A DNA stretch of 26,082 bases, taken from NCBI GenBank assembly GCA_031388325.1, contig JANNEE010000456.1, positions 1 to 26,082 on the forward strand. Direction: 5' to 3'. Positions 25,504 through 26,082 of this stretch are shown one piece after another. The notes beneath the pieces are model-generated. The model made no database searches. It saw only the letters and a program-made list of their open reading frames with translations, and was not told the origin of the DNA. How positions within the stretch are numbered: the first letter of the stretch is position 1; each line of letters begins with the position of its first letter. Source of the DNA: Deinococcales bacterium (GTDB taxonomy: Bacteria > Deinococcota > Deinococci > Deinococcales > JAAFIG01). The position numbers were made by a program, and so were the translations under genes.

Positions 25504-25886
25504 GGGTTGTCTCCTCGGGCGTAATCATCGGCAAAACGGGCAATATCGGCTTGCTGCCAATTGCCAAACGCCACCTCGAGAACCCGCACCGTCGCGCCAA
25601 GGCTCGAGAGTCGATGCCGCGCCAGCGCTGGAATCCAAAGTTCATCACCCGCTTTTGGATGCAGCACAGTCTCGTTAATTTGGATTTCTGCGCCGTCATC
25701 TAAAATAATCCAAAGTTCGCTTCGAGCCGTGTGTAATTGTAAACTCAGGCGTTGATTGGGTAGCACCGTCATCAGGCTGACGGTCGTTTCGGCATTGTTG
25801 GCGTACTGCTTAAACGAACCCCAAGGACGGGTAACCAAGGCGATTTCGGGCTGCGTTTCGGGGATTGGTTTAGTGATGTAACTCAT
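25500..25886 (-). CDS. Stand-alone cupin of the type II phosphomannose isomerase (ManC C-terminal) family
   Basis: 'RPWGSF', 'PNQRLSLQLHTARSELWII', 'IPALARHRL', 'VLEVAFG...DIARFADDYAR'. Confidence 0.85.
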   Translation of the reverse strand: MSYITKPIPETQPEIALVTRPWGSFKQYANNAETTVSLMTVLPNQRLSLQLHTARSELWIILDDGAEIQINETVLHPKAGDELWIPALARHRLSSLGATVRVLEVAFGNWQQADIARFADDYARGDNP

Positions 25887-26080
25887 CGGGTTGCTCCTTT
25901 AGACTCGAGCCACGTCTGGCGCAAAACAGTTTGTACTTGTCCAGCTACTTCAACAACGACTTGCCGAAAATTATCTTTGGCAATTGCCGCGTAATCATGT
26001 CCAGCCTTGGCAGGATAAATTCCCAAATACAAAAGCGGACTCGAGCCAGTATTGACGGTGCGGTGCGCTGTATGACCAGG
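25883..26080 (-). CDS. Cupin-type (archaeal-like) glucose-6-phosphate isomerase family protein, C-terminal part (truncated by window edge)
   Basis: Manual translation, not in the ORF track: PGHTAHRTVNTGSSPLLYLGIYPAKAGHDYAAIAKDNFRQVVVEVAG...*. 'AHRTVNTG' and 'AGHDY' are cupin-PGI motifs. Its stop overlaps the next ATG. Confidence 0.8.
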   Translation of the reverse strand, partial: PGHTAHRTVNTGSSPLLYLGIYPAKAGHDYAAIAKDNFRQVVVEVAGQVQTVLRQTWLESKGATR

Positions 26081-26082
26081 TA

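Larger units (their letters stand above)
1..26082. repeat. Highly iterated palindrome CTCGAG dispersed through the window
   Basis: About 147 copies by manual count, in coding and non-coding DNA. Confidence 0.95.

Noticed and set aside
1-26082. A restriction-modification or methyltransferase gene that would explain the CTCGAG abundance; also tRNA, rRNA, integrase and transposase genes
   Set aside because: No ORF with methyltransferase, nuclease, recombinase or transposase motifs and no tRNA/rRNA-like sequence was found in this window.

Overview
Bacterial chromosomal window of roughly balanced GC with no mobile-element genes. It is most likely from the phylum Deinococcota (inference): it carries futalosine-pathway mqnC, and several genes have a -10 box only 6-7 nt before the start codon, the leaderless layout typical of that phylum. 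Left part: housekeeping and accessory genes (amino-acid ABC binding protein, RelE/ParE toxin-antitoxin pair, aldo/keto reductase, PLP aminotransferase-YbjN-pdxY, GNAT, mqnC). Next is a decaying cobalamin locus: B12 riboswitch, btuF, btuC, a 14-codon probable btuD stub, an internally deleted cobQ, and a degenerate copy of the btuC 3' end 2 kb downstream. Middle: an ~8.8 kb minus-strand cluster (ABC transporter with NMT1/THI5-type binding protein, membrane protein, creatininase, two cytosine-deaminase-family amidohydrolases, FAD oxidoreductase, MetV-motif/MetF-like fusion) that looks like an uncharacterised uptake and catabolism pathway for a pterin-like or other N-heterocycle. Right: a sugar operon with three different cupin sugar-phosphate isomerases, a BadF-type kinase and an unusual GH13. 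The strongest window-wide signal is the palindrome CTCGAG: about 147 copies by manual count versus about 6 expected, resembling the cyanobacterial HIP1 phenomenon. All family assignments come from motif recognition by eye; no database searches were run.
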